This document shows positions 26,236 to 41,000 of a DNA stretch of 64,000 nucleotides, piece by piece. Below the pieces are notes generated by a model. The model saw only the letters and a list, made by a program, of their open reading frames with translations, did no database searches and was not told the DNA's origin. The position numbers and the translations under genes are program-made. Source of the DNA: Balanoglossus misakiensis (lineage: Eukaryota > Animalia > Hemichordata). Numbering within the stretch: the first letter of the stretch is position 1; each line of letters starts with the position of its first letter. The stretch is taken from assembly GCA_040954595.2 (NCBI GenBank), contig CM082592.2:2282338-2346337 (forward strand), written 5' to 3'.

Positions 26236-27428
26236 CAGTGGAACGCCGATTATCCGAACGCCGATTATCCGAATTTCGGATTATCCGAACGCTTTGGTAC
26301 GGTCCCGGGTACGGTCCCTGAACATTTAATTAGCCATGCCAAGCACCTGTTTTCTCGGCAGTCTGTGACATTTCCGCAGGAAAACTGACATTTCGGGCAG
26401 TTTTTTTGGTCAGTTCTAATTGTTTCTGTTGTAAAGGGCGGTGGGACGTGTTAAAAACGTCTTTATCATTGAATATTTCAATCATTTTACGACAACAGAG
26501 TGTCACACTTTCGGGTATCGTAACATTCGACACTGGGATTTCACACTCAAGTGTAAAACACGCAAAATCACTTGTCGCGTCGGCACGGCTTTGGTCAATT
26601 TTTTGATAGTGTGAAGTAGATTTATCGCCGAAATAAGCTTAGCACTGTCGTTGATAATACAAATGAAAGCCATGGGTTGGATGAGATCGCCCGTCTTCGA
26701 CTCGTGCGAGCAGACGGCGGAGATTGTCCGGGGTGTCAACATCAAAGACACGGCTTTTCAAACGCATGGACTTCATTCCGCGACACAGTGAAGGCGTGTC
26801 GGGTCGCGGTCGGTGACCATGGCAGCGCCGATATGAATGACAGCCAAGACGTCACTTGCGGAAGTGACCTCGTGCGGAGAGCTTCTTTTGCTTGGTTTGA
26901 ATGTCACTGACATCGACGATTTGGAGACTAGCGAGAACTATGACAGCTTCGAAACATTAACGTATGATGAAATCATCGACTTTGTTTCTCAGAAATAAAC
27001 TCATGGCATGAAAAATTAGGACGATAAAGAGAACGAGACACCAGCTCTAGCGAAATCTACCGTGGCCATGGAAGGCCTACGCACGTTCATGGTTTGTTAC
27101 GATGACCGGCCACATACGATGTTGAACGGATCAGATCATTGCAGCTTTGACTTCGTCTTTTTTTCTTTCTTAACCTTTTGAACTCTTAATATATGTATTT
27201 TTTTTTATATAAAAGAAGACGAATTGTGTTTTATTGTTTTATTAACTTCTTTTTGTGAGTGCATGGAAAATGCATGTGCATGCTGTGGGAAACATCGTAA
27301 CATACGCATGCCCCAATGGTGTGGTCAATTTCCTTTGTTCGGACGTGCCAAAATCAATTATCCGAACAATCAATTATCCGAACAAAATCTAACCCGCCCA
27401 ACAGGTTCGGATAATCGGCGTTCCACTG
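26236..27428 (+). mobile_element. Tigger/pogo-like internally deleted DNA transposon
   Basis: TIR CAGTGGAACGCCGATTATCCGAAC with TTATCCGAA sub-repeats; TA TSD on both sides; acidic C-terminal transposase-like remnant DDLETSENYDSFETLTYDEIIDFV near 26915-26990. Confidence 0.85.
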
Positions 27429-29242
27429 TATTTTGTCAGGCAGACCGACTTCAGTAACAGTGGACATCATGATTAAAATCGCATTTTAAATGTGGCTGCC
27501 AGTATCAGATGGTGCTGTACAGGCGGAAGTAGATGGAATGGCTTTGTGTGCATGTTGATTGCCAGAAGTAAACACATTGGAAACTACAAACTTCATGTTG
27601 AACTCGCTGCAGATTTAATACCTCAGATCCTACTATAACATCAACACAACCATGTGTTTTGTCACTGTCATAAATTTTTATACTTTTGATGCAATTTTCA
27701 TAAAATCAAATGCACCATCAATCTGCTGTGACGATCTTGTTAAACAAATTGCAAAACGAAACATCAGGACAAACACTGAATAGCGTCTTTCGAACAAATC
27801 TGTTTGTCGTCACATCGAATGTTGGTGATCAACTTAATACTCATGATGTGACATGTACCAACATGTACTAATATAGAACGAGGACATTTCTGCCCAAAGC
27901 TACCCACTTTGCGTTGTCATTCGCCCAAATTCAGACATCAGAACAATGTGTTTGCGGTCAACTCAGTCCAAACATGTCGGAAGTCTAATTCAAAATTCTG
28001 TGCTCGCGAAAACCTGAGAAAGTGTAGGGCGCCACCAACGGCAGTACTAAGAATATTTGTAATGCAGAAGTAAGAATTTGCCACGATCCAAAAAAATAAA
28101 AATTCCAAAACAGCCAAAGTAGAAGCAGCAATTCCATGAACAATTTATTTTTTTCTTCCTGGCCTTAAGTCTTATTATTTTTTCCACATTATCAGTAAAA
28201 AATCTTCATTTCTGAAGTGATAGGCTGACTTCTTTGAAATTTAGTATGAAGCTTCTTACAGGTTGTCTGAGTTACCATATTTTTTTTCTTTAAATTGTTG
28301 CAAAACTGCATGTCAGAGTGCTTTGAAGTTTGAAATTTGTTAGGCGTGTTCCTAGAGGTAACCCCAAAAAGTTGCTGTAAAACAATTTGCGATATTTGCA
28401 TAATTGCAAGATTGGTAAAAAATTTGCAATTTTTGTCAAAAATTGTTTTCTCTGAAACCGCTTGTCACATTGCTATAAACTATGGCAGCCATGTTCCTTG
28501 AGGTGATTGAAGATATTGTACAATTATGGAGATATTTGCACATTTGTGTTTTTTTTGCCACTTTTGAACATTCAAATATTGTTTTTGGTGAAACTGATTG
28601 TTGGATTGCTTTTTGTAAATTTCTTTTTGGTTTATATCAAAACTTCTCCAAAACCAATTGTCCAGTTGCTTTGAAAGTTACTCTTTACAAGGAGTTGGTA
28701 CCCCCAACTTAGACATGTTTACATAACTTTAATAGGCCAGCTGTTACAGAGACCACCATCTATTAAATATTTTAAGAGTGAATGGCACTCAGTCAGTCAG
28801 TGAGCGTCTCTGTCTGTCTGTGTGTCTGCCTGTCTGTTACAGGGCTGACTGAAAGAAGTTGGTCATTATATGTGTTTGTACAGACAATTTTTGGTCAAAA
28901 ACAATTTCGCCAATATTTTTCCGGAGTCCACAGCTAGTTCAGAAAATAAAAACTTAATAATGTGTAGTGGAGATGTCAAAGTTTATTCAAGGCAAACTGA
29001 TAATGTGGGGCATGCTCCAAAATCTGAACAGACACCGAGCAACTCAGGTTGTGTGTCAAGCTAACTCGTGTAACGCGACTTATATGCTGCTTATATTCAT
29101 CATTGGAAACCACAGGCGTCAGAAAAAATGCTTTGTTAGTATTCTGTACTGTAAAGTAGCTAAAATCGAGAAATTAACAGCTCAGATAATCTCCCCGTTT
29201 CACGTCATACGAGCGCTTACGCTATGTTCAGTCCTTGCCATA

Positions 29243-29288
29243 TACCCCACTATCACATAAAGAGATCTCTTTATGTGATAGTGGGGTA
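29243..29288. repeat. 46-bp perfect palindrome
   Basis: TACCCCACTATCACATAAAGAGATCTCTTTATGTGATAGTGGGGTA. Confidence 0.9.
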
Positions 29289-32094
29289 ATTTCTTGACAG
29301 GTCATATTAGTGGCTCGGTATTTATTCATGCTATGTATCTCTTGCTTTTTATTGCTCATCGCTGTTCGTTTTTGCTAATTACTTTCAAATTTGTATCTAT
29401 CAAATTGTCATAGATGGCATGAGTCCGGTGATGGGCGGGAACTGCATGTGGTTATTTTTGGTCGTTATTGCTCCATATTAAAGGTACATGAGCTGCAACT
29501 TGATAAAAAATTCCACAATAAGATAGGGTCATAGCTTAAAGGTACAATTTTATGAGCTGCAACTGGATAAAAAAATTAAAGTTTTAAATAATCTCATATA
29601 TACTTTTAATTATGTCTATTAAATGATATTTCATGATGATATATCAAGCTCAACACTTATTTATGACAAAATGGCCAAAAATTAAAGAAAAACGAAAATT
29701 CCTGCAATTGTTAAAAAAAGTGCAATATTACAATGAAAAAGGAAAATATACTGTCACAGCAGTGTACATATACTTCCATGAGCTCAAGTGGATGAGATCA
29801 TGTTTTGTTTATGAAGTTTCACAACCGGAAATGCAACATTTTCATTGTTACTTGCTTTTTCCCACGGTGGCGGCAAAGCTTTATTATTTATCTGGTTAAA
29901 ACTTGCATATGCACTCATATTTAGGGTTTATAATGCTTACAAGTGTATAGTTCACTGCCTTCATCTGCATGGACTAATGGTAGTACAGTTTGAAACAAAA
30001 ATTATGATAATTATCCCAAAAGTTCCAGCTTATGTGAATTTAATCATTCTATCTATTTCAAGTTCATTATTGGTCATTACTGTAGGTTCTGCTCATTACA
30101 AGTTTTAGAAACACCTGGTTTTGTTGGCACATGATTCAACATTACACACAACATGTGTCCCTTTTGTGTAACAGACAATATTATTGTTTTGGGATGATTT
30201 ACAACTATATGCACAGATTCAGTGTGTAAGGTTGGCTGATCCAGAGTTTAAACTCAAAATGATTAAATCTTGCCAACAAAATGCCAGGATGTAAAGGTCA
30301 CACAGGGGTCAAGATTCACCGTACCTTTCAGCAGCATCTTTCCACCACGTTTTCAACACTCTGGCTTTTTGGCTGAAAGCGGTCAGCGCCTCAACCATTT
30401 GTTCGAAATGTTGGTGGTACTCGTTCTTGGCTTTTTCATGCTGCAGATTATCCCAGCTGAAAGAAACCCAAGACAGTACAACATTAGAGATACTGTAAAA
30501 CATGTTATTTTCGCGAGTTGAATTTTTTTGCGATATCGAGAGAGGCCACTGTTACGCGAGAATTAATTTTCGCGTTCTCATGCACATTGTTCTTTCACAA
30601 TTATATTTTTGCTCTCCCGTATTTCGCTTAAATTTATTGCTCGCGAAAATAACCTGTTCTCACACTCCTGGCAGGCTGGGAGTGTGAGAACAGAGTGTGA
30701 GAACAAATTGTTCTCACACTCTCACTGAATCGAAAGCTGTATATGACGCAAGCGCTGATTGGTTGACAAAGCATTATTTTGGTACGCGCGCTAAAAGTTA
30801 TCCAATGGCGCGATGTGTATTACAGGGACAAAGACTACAACGTGCCCCCAGACGACAGTTCCAGCGTCATTTATTCAATGTTTTTAACGAATTAGGCTAA
30901 TTTGTGACCGTGTGAGAAAAATAATCTCACACACCAAGGACCTGGGATCATATTTCTCACACTCGTCAGAGATATTCTGTCCCACACTCGCCTGCGGCTC
31001 ATGTGGGACATAAAATCCCCAACTCGTGTGAGAAATACGATCCCAGGACCTTGGGAGTGTGAAATTCTATTGTTCCACAGTAGTTGATAATATGCACAAG
31101 ACTCATGGGCTCAAACTGACTCATATTTCAGACCACGTTATTTTTTTTTTTTCATTTGGGTTCAATTTGACGACCTCATCCGTATTTTCCTGGGTGATGC
31201 AACTCTGTCCACAACTCAGAGCATTTTCACTGCTTTAATTCCTTTTTTTTACAATTAGTGACTGTTGACAAAATTACTACCACATAATTAGACCGTTTGA
31301 TTTTGGTTGGCACAAAAACTCTAAGACCATGTTCCTTTTGGGTGTACATTATTTTTGAACTGCTTGAGGCTGGGCCGACCAGTCATGCAGTACATGATGA
31401 CTACAATACTGTCATGAGATACCACATGTACAATGTGCAAATCTTATGAGTGTGCTCTGATTGAAATGAAAATTGTGTCCTGCAAAATATAATGGGCCAT
31501 CGGAAGCAGAAAGAGGTCTGCGATACTTATGACTATAAGACCCTTCTCTGCTTGGGATGGCCCAAATGTGACTGCAATATTAGAGTACATACCACATAAT
31601 CAGACCGCTGAATTTTTGTTGGCAGAAAGGTGCCACTGTAGTATATCATGTACCGGTATATTCAACTTTACAAATATATCCCAGTGTACGCCACACCTAC
31701 CTTGTCTCCTGCTGGAGTGTTTCAAACATTTGCGCCAATTTCGTGAAATCCATCAACATGGCCTCATTCTGTTCAATCTAATTGGATTTTTAATCGTGCT
31801 TGTTGCTTAAGAAGAAGCATTTTACGGCTGCAGAAGATCTCTGTTACTTCTTCTATCGTGAACTTATCTTTGGCGTGTTGACTCTTGTGCAGAACCTGAG
31901 GAAAAAAAAAAAAAAAGTGTAAAATATTGCCTGTAGAAGAGGTGTTTCCAGTAGTCTCGTTCCTGGCTGTGTCAGCTAAAAGGCAAGGGTCAGGTATGGG
32001 CTGCTGTCTTGCACAAATTTCTGTCCAGCCATGCCCAAGATGACTGCTTCCAACGTTTGCACACAGGTACTGTCAAAGTCAGGTGCACCACACA

Positions 32095-33036
32095 AGATCC
32101 ATCCATCCCATCCCATCCCATCCATCCATCTATCCATACATACATACATACATACATGCATGCATGTGTACGCACGCACGCACACACACATGCACGCACG
32201 CACATACATACATCCATCCATCCATCGATACATACATACATACATCCATCCATCCATACATACATACATACATACATACATACATACATACATAAATACC
32301 AGGGCTTGCGTTTGATATTTAATTTTTTACATGCAGTGCACGCAAAGAGCCAAAAAAAATTGCGTGAAATTGTATTTGAATTACGTGCAACAAAATAGCG
32401 ATAGACAAAGCAGGCTTTCAGATAATGAGTTCTCCCTTCATGTCTAGACGGTCCAACACAAAAAAAAATCTTCAAGGAAAATGACCGGGAAGCCCTACTT
32501 ACTTTTTTATATCTACATGTAATGGTTTCTGCGTGCATAAATTATAGGGCCGACACGTGCCAAGTTTGTCGCCTAGGTTACCGCACGTACATTACTGTGC
32601 GTCCTGCTACAGCATACAAGCGCGCGTACGCGTACATGTGTACAGGGCGCCCAACCGACCAACCTTGAAAAGGCACCCCGTATAGCCTCGCCAGATATTA
32701 TCTTTCAATGGATTTTTTTGCGTGCATGTCACGCAACTGTGACAAAATATTTGCGCACACACATTGTAGTTTTGCGTGAAAACGCAAGAAATAGACGTGA
32801 ACGCGAGCCCTACATACATACATACATACATACATACATACATACATACATACATACATACATACATGCATGCATGCAAACATACATACATGCATGCAAA
32901 CATACACACACATAAATGCGTAAGTACATACATACATACATACATACATACGTCCATACATATATACGTCCATACATACATACATTCATACATACATACA
33001 TACATGCATGCATACATACATACATCCATACATGCA
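32095..33036. repeat. (ATAC)n/(ATCC)n microsatellite field interrupted by a hAT-like MITE (32300-32812)
   Basis: Microsatellites visible; imperfect TIRs CAGGGCTTGCGTT / AACGCGAGCCCTA; TSD not resolvable. Confidence 0.7.
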
Positions 33037-34343
33037 TGATATTGATATTGTATATTTTTCAAGAAGATATCTGAAACTTCTACCTTCCAAGGTATTAAGA
33101 ACTCACTGATTTTATTCTGTGTGACTTTTAACAGTTCAATTCTATCATAAATATCACCAAAACTACATGCTTATAATGCATGCAGTTCATGTCATGCAAA
33201 CATGCCCCTTGAAAAATTATTCAAGCACTTTGAGCAGCCATTTTTGTTTTATGTTATTTTTATTCTATTAGTTTGCCTTTTCACTAATCATATTTATTTT
33301 TTTTTCTGGTCGAACTGATGGAGTGATTACGGTAAATTCATACATACACACACATACTACATAGTACATACACACACAAATACATACATACATAAATTGC
33401 CATAACAGTTTAATGTGCTCATACTTATGAAAACACAACACACCTCTGCTAAAACACTACAGCAACTGTGATCAGCAGCCATTGCCAGTTAACCTCATCG
33501 AGCTGGAAGGTAAAAATACAACTGATAAGTGATAATGCACCTCTATACCAAATACAGATCTTACACATATTGAAATTTTGCATAATATTGTAGCACTTTA
33601 AAGTGAAGGGGTCAGCGCGCTGCGATTGTTTGTTGATAGACATTAGAATTCACCTTCAAATCCCTGAAATTAAATAATTCCTAGAATGAACTAAGCAGCC
33701 AACCGTAGCATAGACTGGGCATGGCAGCAACTGAAGATCCTGGTTGTGGTGACTACAGTGAGGTTTGTGCTGGTATATGAAGGGATATATTCTCATCAAG
33801 GGGGACACCCACCCGATGACCGCTTCCCTTTAAACATTGTATGAAAGCACACGTCAGAACAACCAAAGCTACTTACATTGGGCTTTTCTGGGGGTTCATC
33901 TGGAGGATCTCTTGCCTAGTTCAAATTATACAAAAAAAAATAGAATTAGCAAATCCTTGAAACTGAAATGTTGAAAACTGTCAATGTCATGCCATTTCGG
34001 TCAATGACACATTTACTGAGCATAGAATGATGGATCAAGGTACATTATAAAACCCAAGATAAGCACATTTTTAGGACCACAAATAGTTGATCCAAGTTAC
34101 AAATGGACTTCAAATTATTACTTTAAAATTTTGTTGATCAAAGTCAGAGTAAATGAAGTCCAATAACCCGTACCATAATACTTGAATGTGTTATTAGTTT
34201 TAGGGGATAAATATATAATTTACTCGAAAATTATAATTATGCAAATTTTCCGACAAAAATACCAATATTTCCTTTATGTTGCTTTTACTGTTGATGCTCG
34301 TGAGCCTATACAGGTTGTTCAAATTTAAAAACATTGTCATAGC

Positions 34344-34362
34344 CAACCACTAGAGGGCGCTG
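34344..34362 (+). promoter_or_regulatory. CTCF-like motif
   Basis: CAACCACTAGAGGGCGCTG matches the bilaterian CTCF core consensus; binding is untested. Confidence 0.4.
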
Positions 34363-37300
34363 TTATGTATTTGAATGCCCATGAATGTGCAACTCGATCG
34401 TGCAACTACTTACACCCATGTAACAAATAGCCTTCTCAGGCACTCATAAAATTCATACTAGTATTAGCTACATCCCCATTTGCCAGAATGTAGCACAAAT
34501 TCGTTTGCTTCCATCATTGCAGAATCAGATTGAACAATGCTTAAAAACTTGGACAGAAAACATCAGTAAGACAACAAATGAATTGTTACATTAAGTCTGT
34601 ACAATATGGCTACAGTTACATTCATGATTGCCATGGCATAAAGGTTAGAACTATCATGATCAGTGGTTCCGTTAATGCAAAATCCTGCGCATTTCAAAAT
34701 GTCAGACCATAATTACACAAAGATAATGAAGGATGCATACACCGCAAGTGCAAATTTGCAAATTGTATTCAGCGAGGCTTACAAGATACGAATAATGCAG
34801 AAATGCACAGAAATGTTACAATTTTCACTCAGGCAACATGACATTCATAGATCAAACTTTGTAATAATGTACCGGTACGGTGGTGTTCTATTCAGGCTTT
34901 CAAATGCCTACCCACTTGAGGCAAGATTGTTATATTTATGCAAAGTAAATTCTGAATGCATATTGAAGTATGCAAAGGAAAAATAATCGAACAGAACCTC
35001 TGTATCATGTGATTGAACTTGTATGAACATGCAGGATGACAGACATAGGAGGACAGACACTCACTTATTGATATGCCAACTTTAAAAGCACATAGTCACT
35101 TGCGCCATGTGTGAACAAAATGTGTTTGGCTATTTCTGGGTTACAGATATGGAAAGAGAATTCAGTTTCAGGTGATCTACAATTGTTGTAAATTACTTAC
35201 CATGCATCGCAACAAGTCCAATCTTCCCTCTCTAGCACCTAACTGGCGCTGCCTACACCTAACTCTCTGTGAATGAAATGGGAAGAATTACTCATCACGG
35301 ATTATAAAAGACACTTTCAGGAATTGCAGCATGGTGGCAATTATCAAAGTCATTAGTCTAAATGCTCAAAGTTTTTATTTTGAAACAATGACATGGAGAA
35401 ACAGTACAAAATCATTATGTATATCCCTAACAGTGCCAAGTCAGTATGAACTGGTTTGATTTCCAAGGTGCCTAGAATCCAGGCTCCCAGGCCTGTTAGA
35501 CTGCCAAGTGCATGTTAATCAGTAGGGCCTATACAAGACCCTCAGACCAATACAGTCAGTGCAAACCAGTGCGATTTAGTACATTTTACAGGGGGCTCAG
35601 ACTGCCAACAGTCTTCGGACTGAGCGCGATTCCCATTATCAAAACACCGCAAAGCATGCTGGGAAATTTCAGCACTCATTGACCTCTGTTATGGCGGCCA
35701 AGAACCCAGCGTACGTGGAGAGATTTCAATCCAATTTTTTTCCATGTTTTGAGAGTACTTGACAGATTTCGTTATCTTTGTGAAAATTATTGAAATAAAG
35801 CAATAAGAGAATCAAAGAGATGAATTCGGTAGATTTGCAAAAAAAAAAATAAAAGAGTTACCTTTGACCCCTTCTATTTTAGCCTTCAGAGGCATATACC
35901 AACTTTGATTTTTTGTGCCTTTTCATCCAAAGCTTCAATGGACGAGAAAAAACGTGGTATATACTCTATTTCATTAGAACTTTGTTGGAAACTATCGTAT
36001 ATCATGATCAACGACTGAATAGAGACTGTGGGACGTCTCCAATTGTTGTTGTTAAATTGGCGATTTTGTAGCAAAATACCGTGATTTTGCCTTGTCGTAG
36101 TAAAAAAAATCCAGACGCAAATGTCATGCAGAGTGTTTATTTTAATCACTCATCACCTCTTATGCTCATTTTTTCGTCCAGAAAATCTTGCCCGTAAATT
36201 CCACACTTTCTGACAGGGTCTTCCTGGCACACACTGTTTTTGGGTGAAAATGCAGTGATTTGTTTGATTTTTTGTGCCTTTTCATCCAAAGAGTGAAAAC
36301 TATTCAAACTCGAATTTCTGAGGTCATAGATACTGTATTGTTATCGATATTTTGGTTATGAATGTTTGTGGGCCTTCAATCAATAATTTATCAGATACGA
36401 CCGTCCGCAGTGCCCAAAATACTTACGATACATGTTGTTATTTCGTAATCACACCGATCGAACACAGATACCTCATGTGGATACAAGCACCATGTCGTTT
36501 TTCAACGGTTTTGTGAATTTAACACCAATTTCAAGGGAAGTACTTGCAGTCATGTATCCCGCAATCAGCCAAAATAAGACTCCAACAGCGAAAAAAGAGA
36601 CGCATCTGGAACAAACACGCATATTTACTTCCTCTGACTTCCGTAAGAACCGCGATTACATGCAGAATTACCCCACTAGAGCCCATGTGTGTACCCTAAT
36701 CACATGAGTCAGTCTCTGACACAGAGATATCAACGCCCCTTTCATGACGTTCAAGCCTGATGACAGCATCATTGATCAATGGGTGGGTAGATATACTCAT
36801 AACTGACATGATCTTATATATAAATATTCAGATATTTGTTTACAACAAACTTAGATGTATCTAAAGCGTGAAGCATTGCCTTTCTTGGCGGGAGATTGAC
36901 GCATGTTGTTTACGTTACCATGGCGCCATAGAAATAGTAACGCTATTTAGCATATCACGTGCACTAAATGACACCCACTGGTTGGCGTATTCAAAAGGTC
37001 ATAAAATTTTGGGGTCATCAGTCGGCAGACTGAAAGTCATTGAGGAATTGTGGTTTCTCGTCATTCAATTGAGGTTCATTGGTCAGAGAAAGTCGTCTGG
37101 GAATCGGCAGGTTTCGCTGCTTGCTGCATATGCTGAGATATTGCACCAGCACCATTTTAGCAACCACGATCTGTCAAATTTTGGTCAGTTCCATAGGCAT
37201 TGCCATGCAATTGCAGTGCGGGGCTGGTAAATTCAAGTGTTGATGTTTTTTCCGAGTTAATTTTTGTAAAAAAATCACGTCGGTTTTTGGATTTGTCACA

Positions 37301-37863
37301 GCGAGTAAGGAACTTAATGTCAGTTCTTTGTTAAAAGCTAAGCTCGCTGGATTTTTTTCTGTTGGAGACACTGCGACTTGTAATTTTTGTTTCCGACCGT
37401 AATTTTCCGGACACTCGACAGCGTAGTCAGCCTTTTTGAATACTTAATGAGTGATAATGGACACGCCCACTTTGCGCGCTCAGTCCGAAGACTGCAAGTG
37501 TGTCTAAGTATGTATGAGAGCCATGTCAAGACAGTCAAAATATGTTATATACTAGGTCACATGATATTATGGCCATTAAAAGAATCAATTTTTTACCCCA
37601 TTTTACTTTAGAAAAATGCTGGCTGATTGCTGGTTGCCATGAGTGTATCACTTGAGAAGACTTTGCAGTATTGTTCAAGAGAGTGTTGGCAGTCTATGGT
37701 GTGACAATCCATGACAAAATTACAACTCCTCATTTTGCTATTCTTATTTCTATTCAACATTCCATTTCTTAGTTCAAAATTTGATTTCAAAATTCAACAT
37801 TCCATTTTTCAGTGCAACGATTCGATTTCACAACTTTGACTTACAGATAGTCGGATTGAATCT

Positions 37864-38006
37864 GGCGTCTGCGTATTCACGCATGTAGAATTTCTTCATT
37901 CAGAATTGGAATTTTACATTGTCAGCATAATTGGGATTTTTCATAGTCAGCGACATTCAGAAATCTGTTCCAACAGAAATTCTACATGCGTGAATACGCA
38001 GACGCC
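37864..38006. mobile_element. Small hairpin MITE-like element (32-bp perfect IR)
   Basis: GGCGTCTGCGTATTCACGCATGTAGAATTTCT ... AGAAATTCTACATGCGTGAATACGCAGACGCC; no clear TSD. Confidence 0.6.
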
Positions 38007-41000
38007 TTGATAAAATTGTCATCAACTTCTCGGTTATCGGTAATATTAAACCCCAAAGTTCCAAACTAAATATATTTGTTTGTAAATTCTAAATTGTATT
38101 TCAAAATTAACTTACCTTAAAGCTCTCTTCGGTTCGCTGGAGCCGGATTGTTCTGAACTTTGCGGAATGGTATTCCCACATATCTAAAAAAAAAAAAATA
38201 ATGAAATGACATCAAGGATGATAAATAACAAATTTCATTATTTCAAATAAAGTGGAATCATACCACAGGTCTGTTTCCTCGTTTTCATGTAAGCTTACTT
38301 GCAAATTAAATATTGATAGCGGTGTCAATTGTCCAGGTCTGAGACAGTAAATTGTACTAGTTTACTGGTTATAATGAGGAATTACAGGCCCACCATTATA
38401 ATCACAACTTGAAGCTGTCTAAGAGAGCGAACATTATTTATTTAGGGCCTGAAGAGGTGTTGGAGGAATTTCACCAGTCACATATGCATGCCAAACCAGG
38501 CCTGTTGCTGGATTATAACCAAAGGTGTAAACATACAGTTACTGCAGCCCCATCGCGACCATCGTGCCATGTGCCTTTGCTCACAAGGTTAAACCTCGAG
38601 CTACGGTTCTGCAGTTGCGTTTGGGTTTAGTCGTGTATCACATCATATCGTGGCTGAAAACTGTATTCTACCTGTCTCATCATTGCTTGGGCCATGACTC
38701 CTTGATTCAGCTCGACATGACTCAAGTAGAAGACACAATAAATCAATATAAATATTACTTCTGGTCGACGCACCGACACTCGAGTGTCATGGCGCTCGAG
38801 TGCTTTTGTGACAGGCCAAAGGTCAACCCTGTTGAGGGCGTGCTCCGGTTATAATATTATAATACTGTACTATAATAATTTTCATGTTGAAAATGAACTG
38901 CGGACGGGAACGTGGGCCTGCACTGGTCGATACCATATTATTTATGAGATTGTCAATGCCGACAACCTAGTTTAACATGTGCGTCTGCAAAATAGTCCGA
39001 GTAATGCTACAAAGTGAAACGAACTGCACCACACAGTCATTGCAGCTTGTTCAACGCCAGGAAATTAAAATACAAACAGCTGGCAGAAAACTTGGTGTGT
39101 TTTCGTTTGGATATTCTAAGAATGGAAAACATATCGCTCGAGGGCACTAGCTGAGCTCCGTCATCATTCAGTGTATGTGAAAAATAGCCCTTAAGTATAG
39201 AGGAGTGACACTATAAAAATAATGGCGGCTGGACAGCGAAAGACACTAATAAATATTTCCAAACGTGGTTAGCAGAAAAGTGGAGTTCGCTCAGTTGTCA
39301 ATCGTGGCAAATGCTGTAGACACGGAGCAAGTACGCGAGAATACTAATGCGAGAATATTGGTAAAATTGAAAGTCTTGTCACTTCTCTTTAGAAGTTGCT
39401 GGTTGTTTATTCTCCTTACTAAGCATTTTTTCGATCGCTAATAAATTGCATGGGGTTAAAACGTGCTTGGTTTTGAAATTCAAGGCCGTGAGATTAGTCG
39501 ATCATAATAAAAAATAAAAACTACCAAGGCAACAATTTTCTGTTGTCCCCATGGGTGAACATATCTCGAAATTCAGCGCGTTGGCTATTCAATTGTTGTC
39601 TACCATTCAATTTAATTCATTTGACTGAGTTATGTGTAGACCTAAACGTTCATGAAAATGACAATAGCAGACGCGGGTTTTCCTATGGGAAAAGACAAAT
39701 TGAAAGCGCTTGTACAGATTGTAATTTATACTCGGTTGGCTGCTGTCTTCCACGTGGGTCTATTCATGGTGTAAGGTGTGCCTCAATACTTTCTATTTCA
39801 TTCGACGCTAATGTTTAGACCATGTAATTAGTTCTACTGTATGGAGATAGTCAATTATAGAGGCCCTGGTCTGCCTTTAGGGTTCATGTAAATCTTGACA
39901 TTCTTATGATAGCAATTGGTCCGACTTGCTACTTTGAACCATGTATTGTTTTGGCATTTCTGCACTCAATGTCGAATACGCCCGGCTGCGATTATTCCAA
40001 CACGTAGGCCTAACTCATATTCCGTTGTGATGCGTAGAACACACTGGCCTGAGCGAATAAGAAAGTTTTCCGGTAGACTCTGTAGATCGACGGTTTGTTC
40101 TAAAATATCCATGGATGCTTCCAAACACCGTCTCGTTATTTGCATATTCCGTTGTGATGCGAGAACACACAGGCCTGAGCGAATAAGAAAGTTTTCCGGT
40201 AGACTCTGTAGATCGACGGTTTGTTCTAAAATATCCATGGATGCTTCCAAACACCGTCTCGTTATTTGCATATTCCGTTGTGATGCGAGAACACACTGCT
40301 GGCCTGAGCGAATAAGAAAGTTTTCCGGTAGACTCTGTAGATCGACGGTTTGTTCTCAAATATCCATGGATGCTTCCAAACACCGTCTCGTTATTTGCAT
40401 ATTCCGTTGTGATGCGTAGAACACACTGGCCTGAGCGAATAAGAAAGTTTTCCGGTAGACTCTGTAGATCGACTGTTTGTTCTAAAATATCCATGGATGC
40501 TTCCAAACACCGTCTCGTTATTTGCATATTCCGTTGTGATGCGTAGAACACACTGGCCTGAGCGAATAAGAAAGTTTTCCGGTAGACTCTGTAGATCGAC
40601 GGTTTGTTCTAAAATATCCATGGATGCTTCCAAACACCGTCTCGTTATTTGCATATTCCGTTGTGATGCGAGAACACACAGGCCTGAGCGAATAAGAAAG
40701 TTTTCCGGTAGACTCTGTAGATCGACGGTTTGTTCTAAAATATCCATGGATGCTTCCAAACACCGTCTCGTTATTTGCATATTCCGTTGTGATGCGAGAA
40801 CACACTGCTGGCCTGAGCGAATAAGAAAGTTTTCCGGTAGACTCTGTAGATCGACGGTTTGTTCTCAAATATCCATGGATGCTTCCAAACACCGTCTCGT
40901 TATTTGCATATTCCGTTGTGATGCGTAGAACACACTGGCCTGAGCGAATAAGAAAGTTTTCCGGTAGACTCTGTAGATCGACTGTTTGTTCTAAAATATC

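Larger units (their letters stand above)
24925..38183 (-). pseudogene. Unidentified spliced coiled-coil-like gene; exons 38116-38183, 31701-31895, 30325-30456, 24925-24967; one frameshift near 31775
   Basis: Four exons with polypyrimidine-AG acceptors and GT donors. Spliced translation: MWEYHSAKFRTIRLQRTEESFK|VLHKSQHAKDKFTIEEVTEIFCSRKMLLLKQQARLKIQLD(+1 nt)EQNEAMLMDFTKLAQMFETLQQETS|WDNLQHEKAKNEYHQHFEQMVEALTAFSQKARVLKTWWKDAAER|HEKLDAGLQDGEH*. Phases agree once the extra base is removed. The upstream exon was not located. Confidence 0.65.

Noticed and set aside
31976-33062. HTYI/MYVC-rich ORFs (also near 362-670, 12196-12504, 13764-14066, 62460-62840)
   Set aside because: Translations of tetranucleotide microsatellites.
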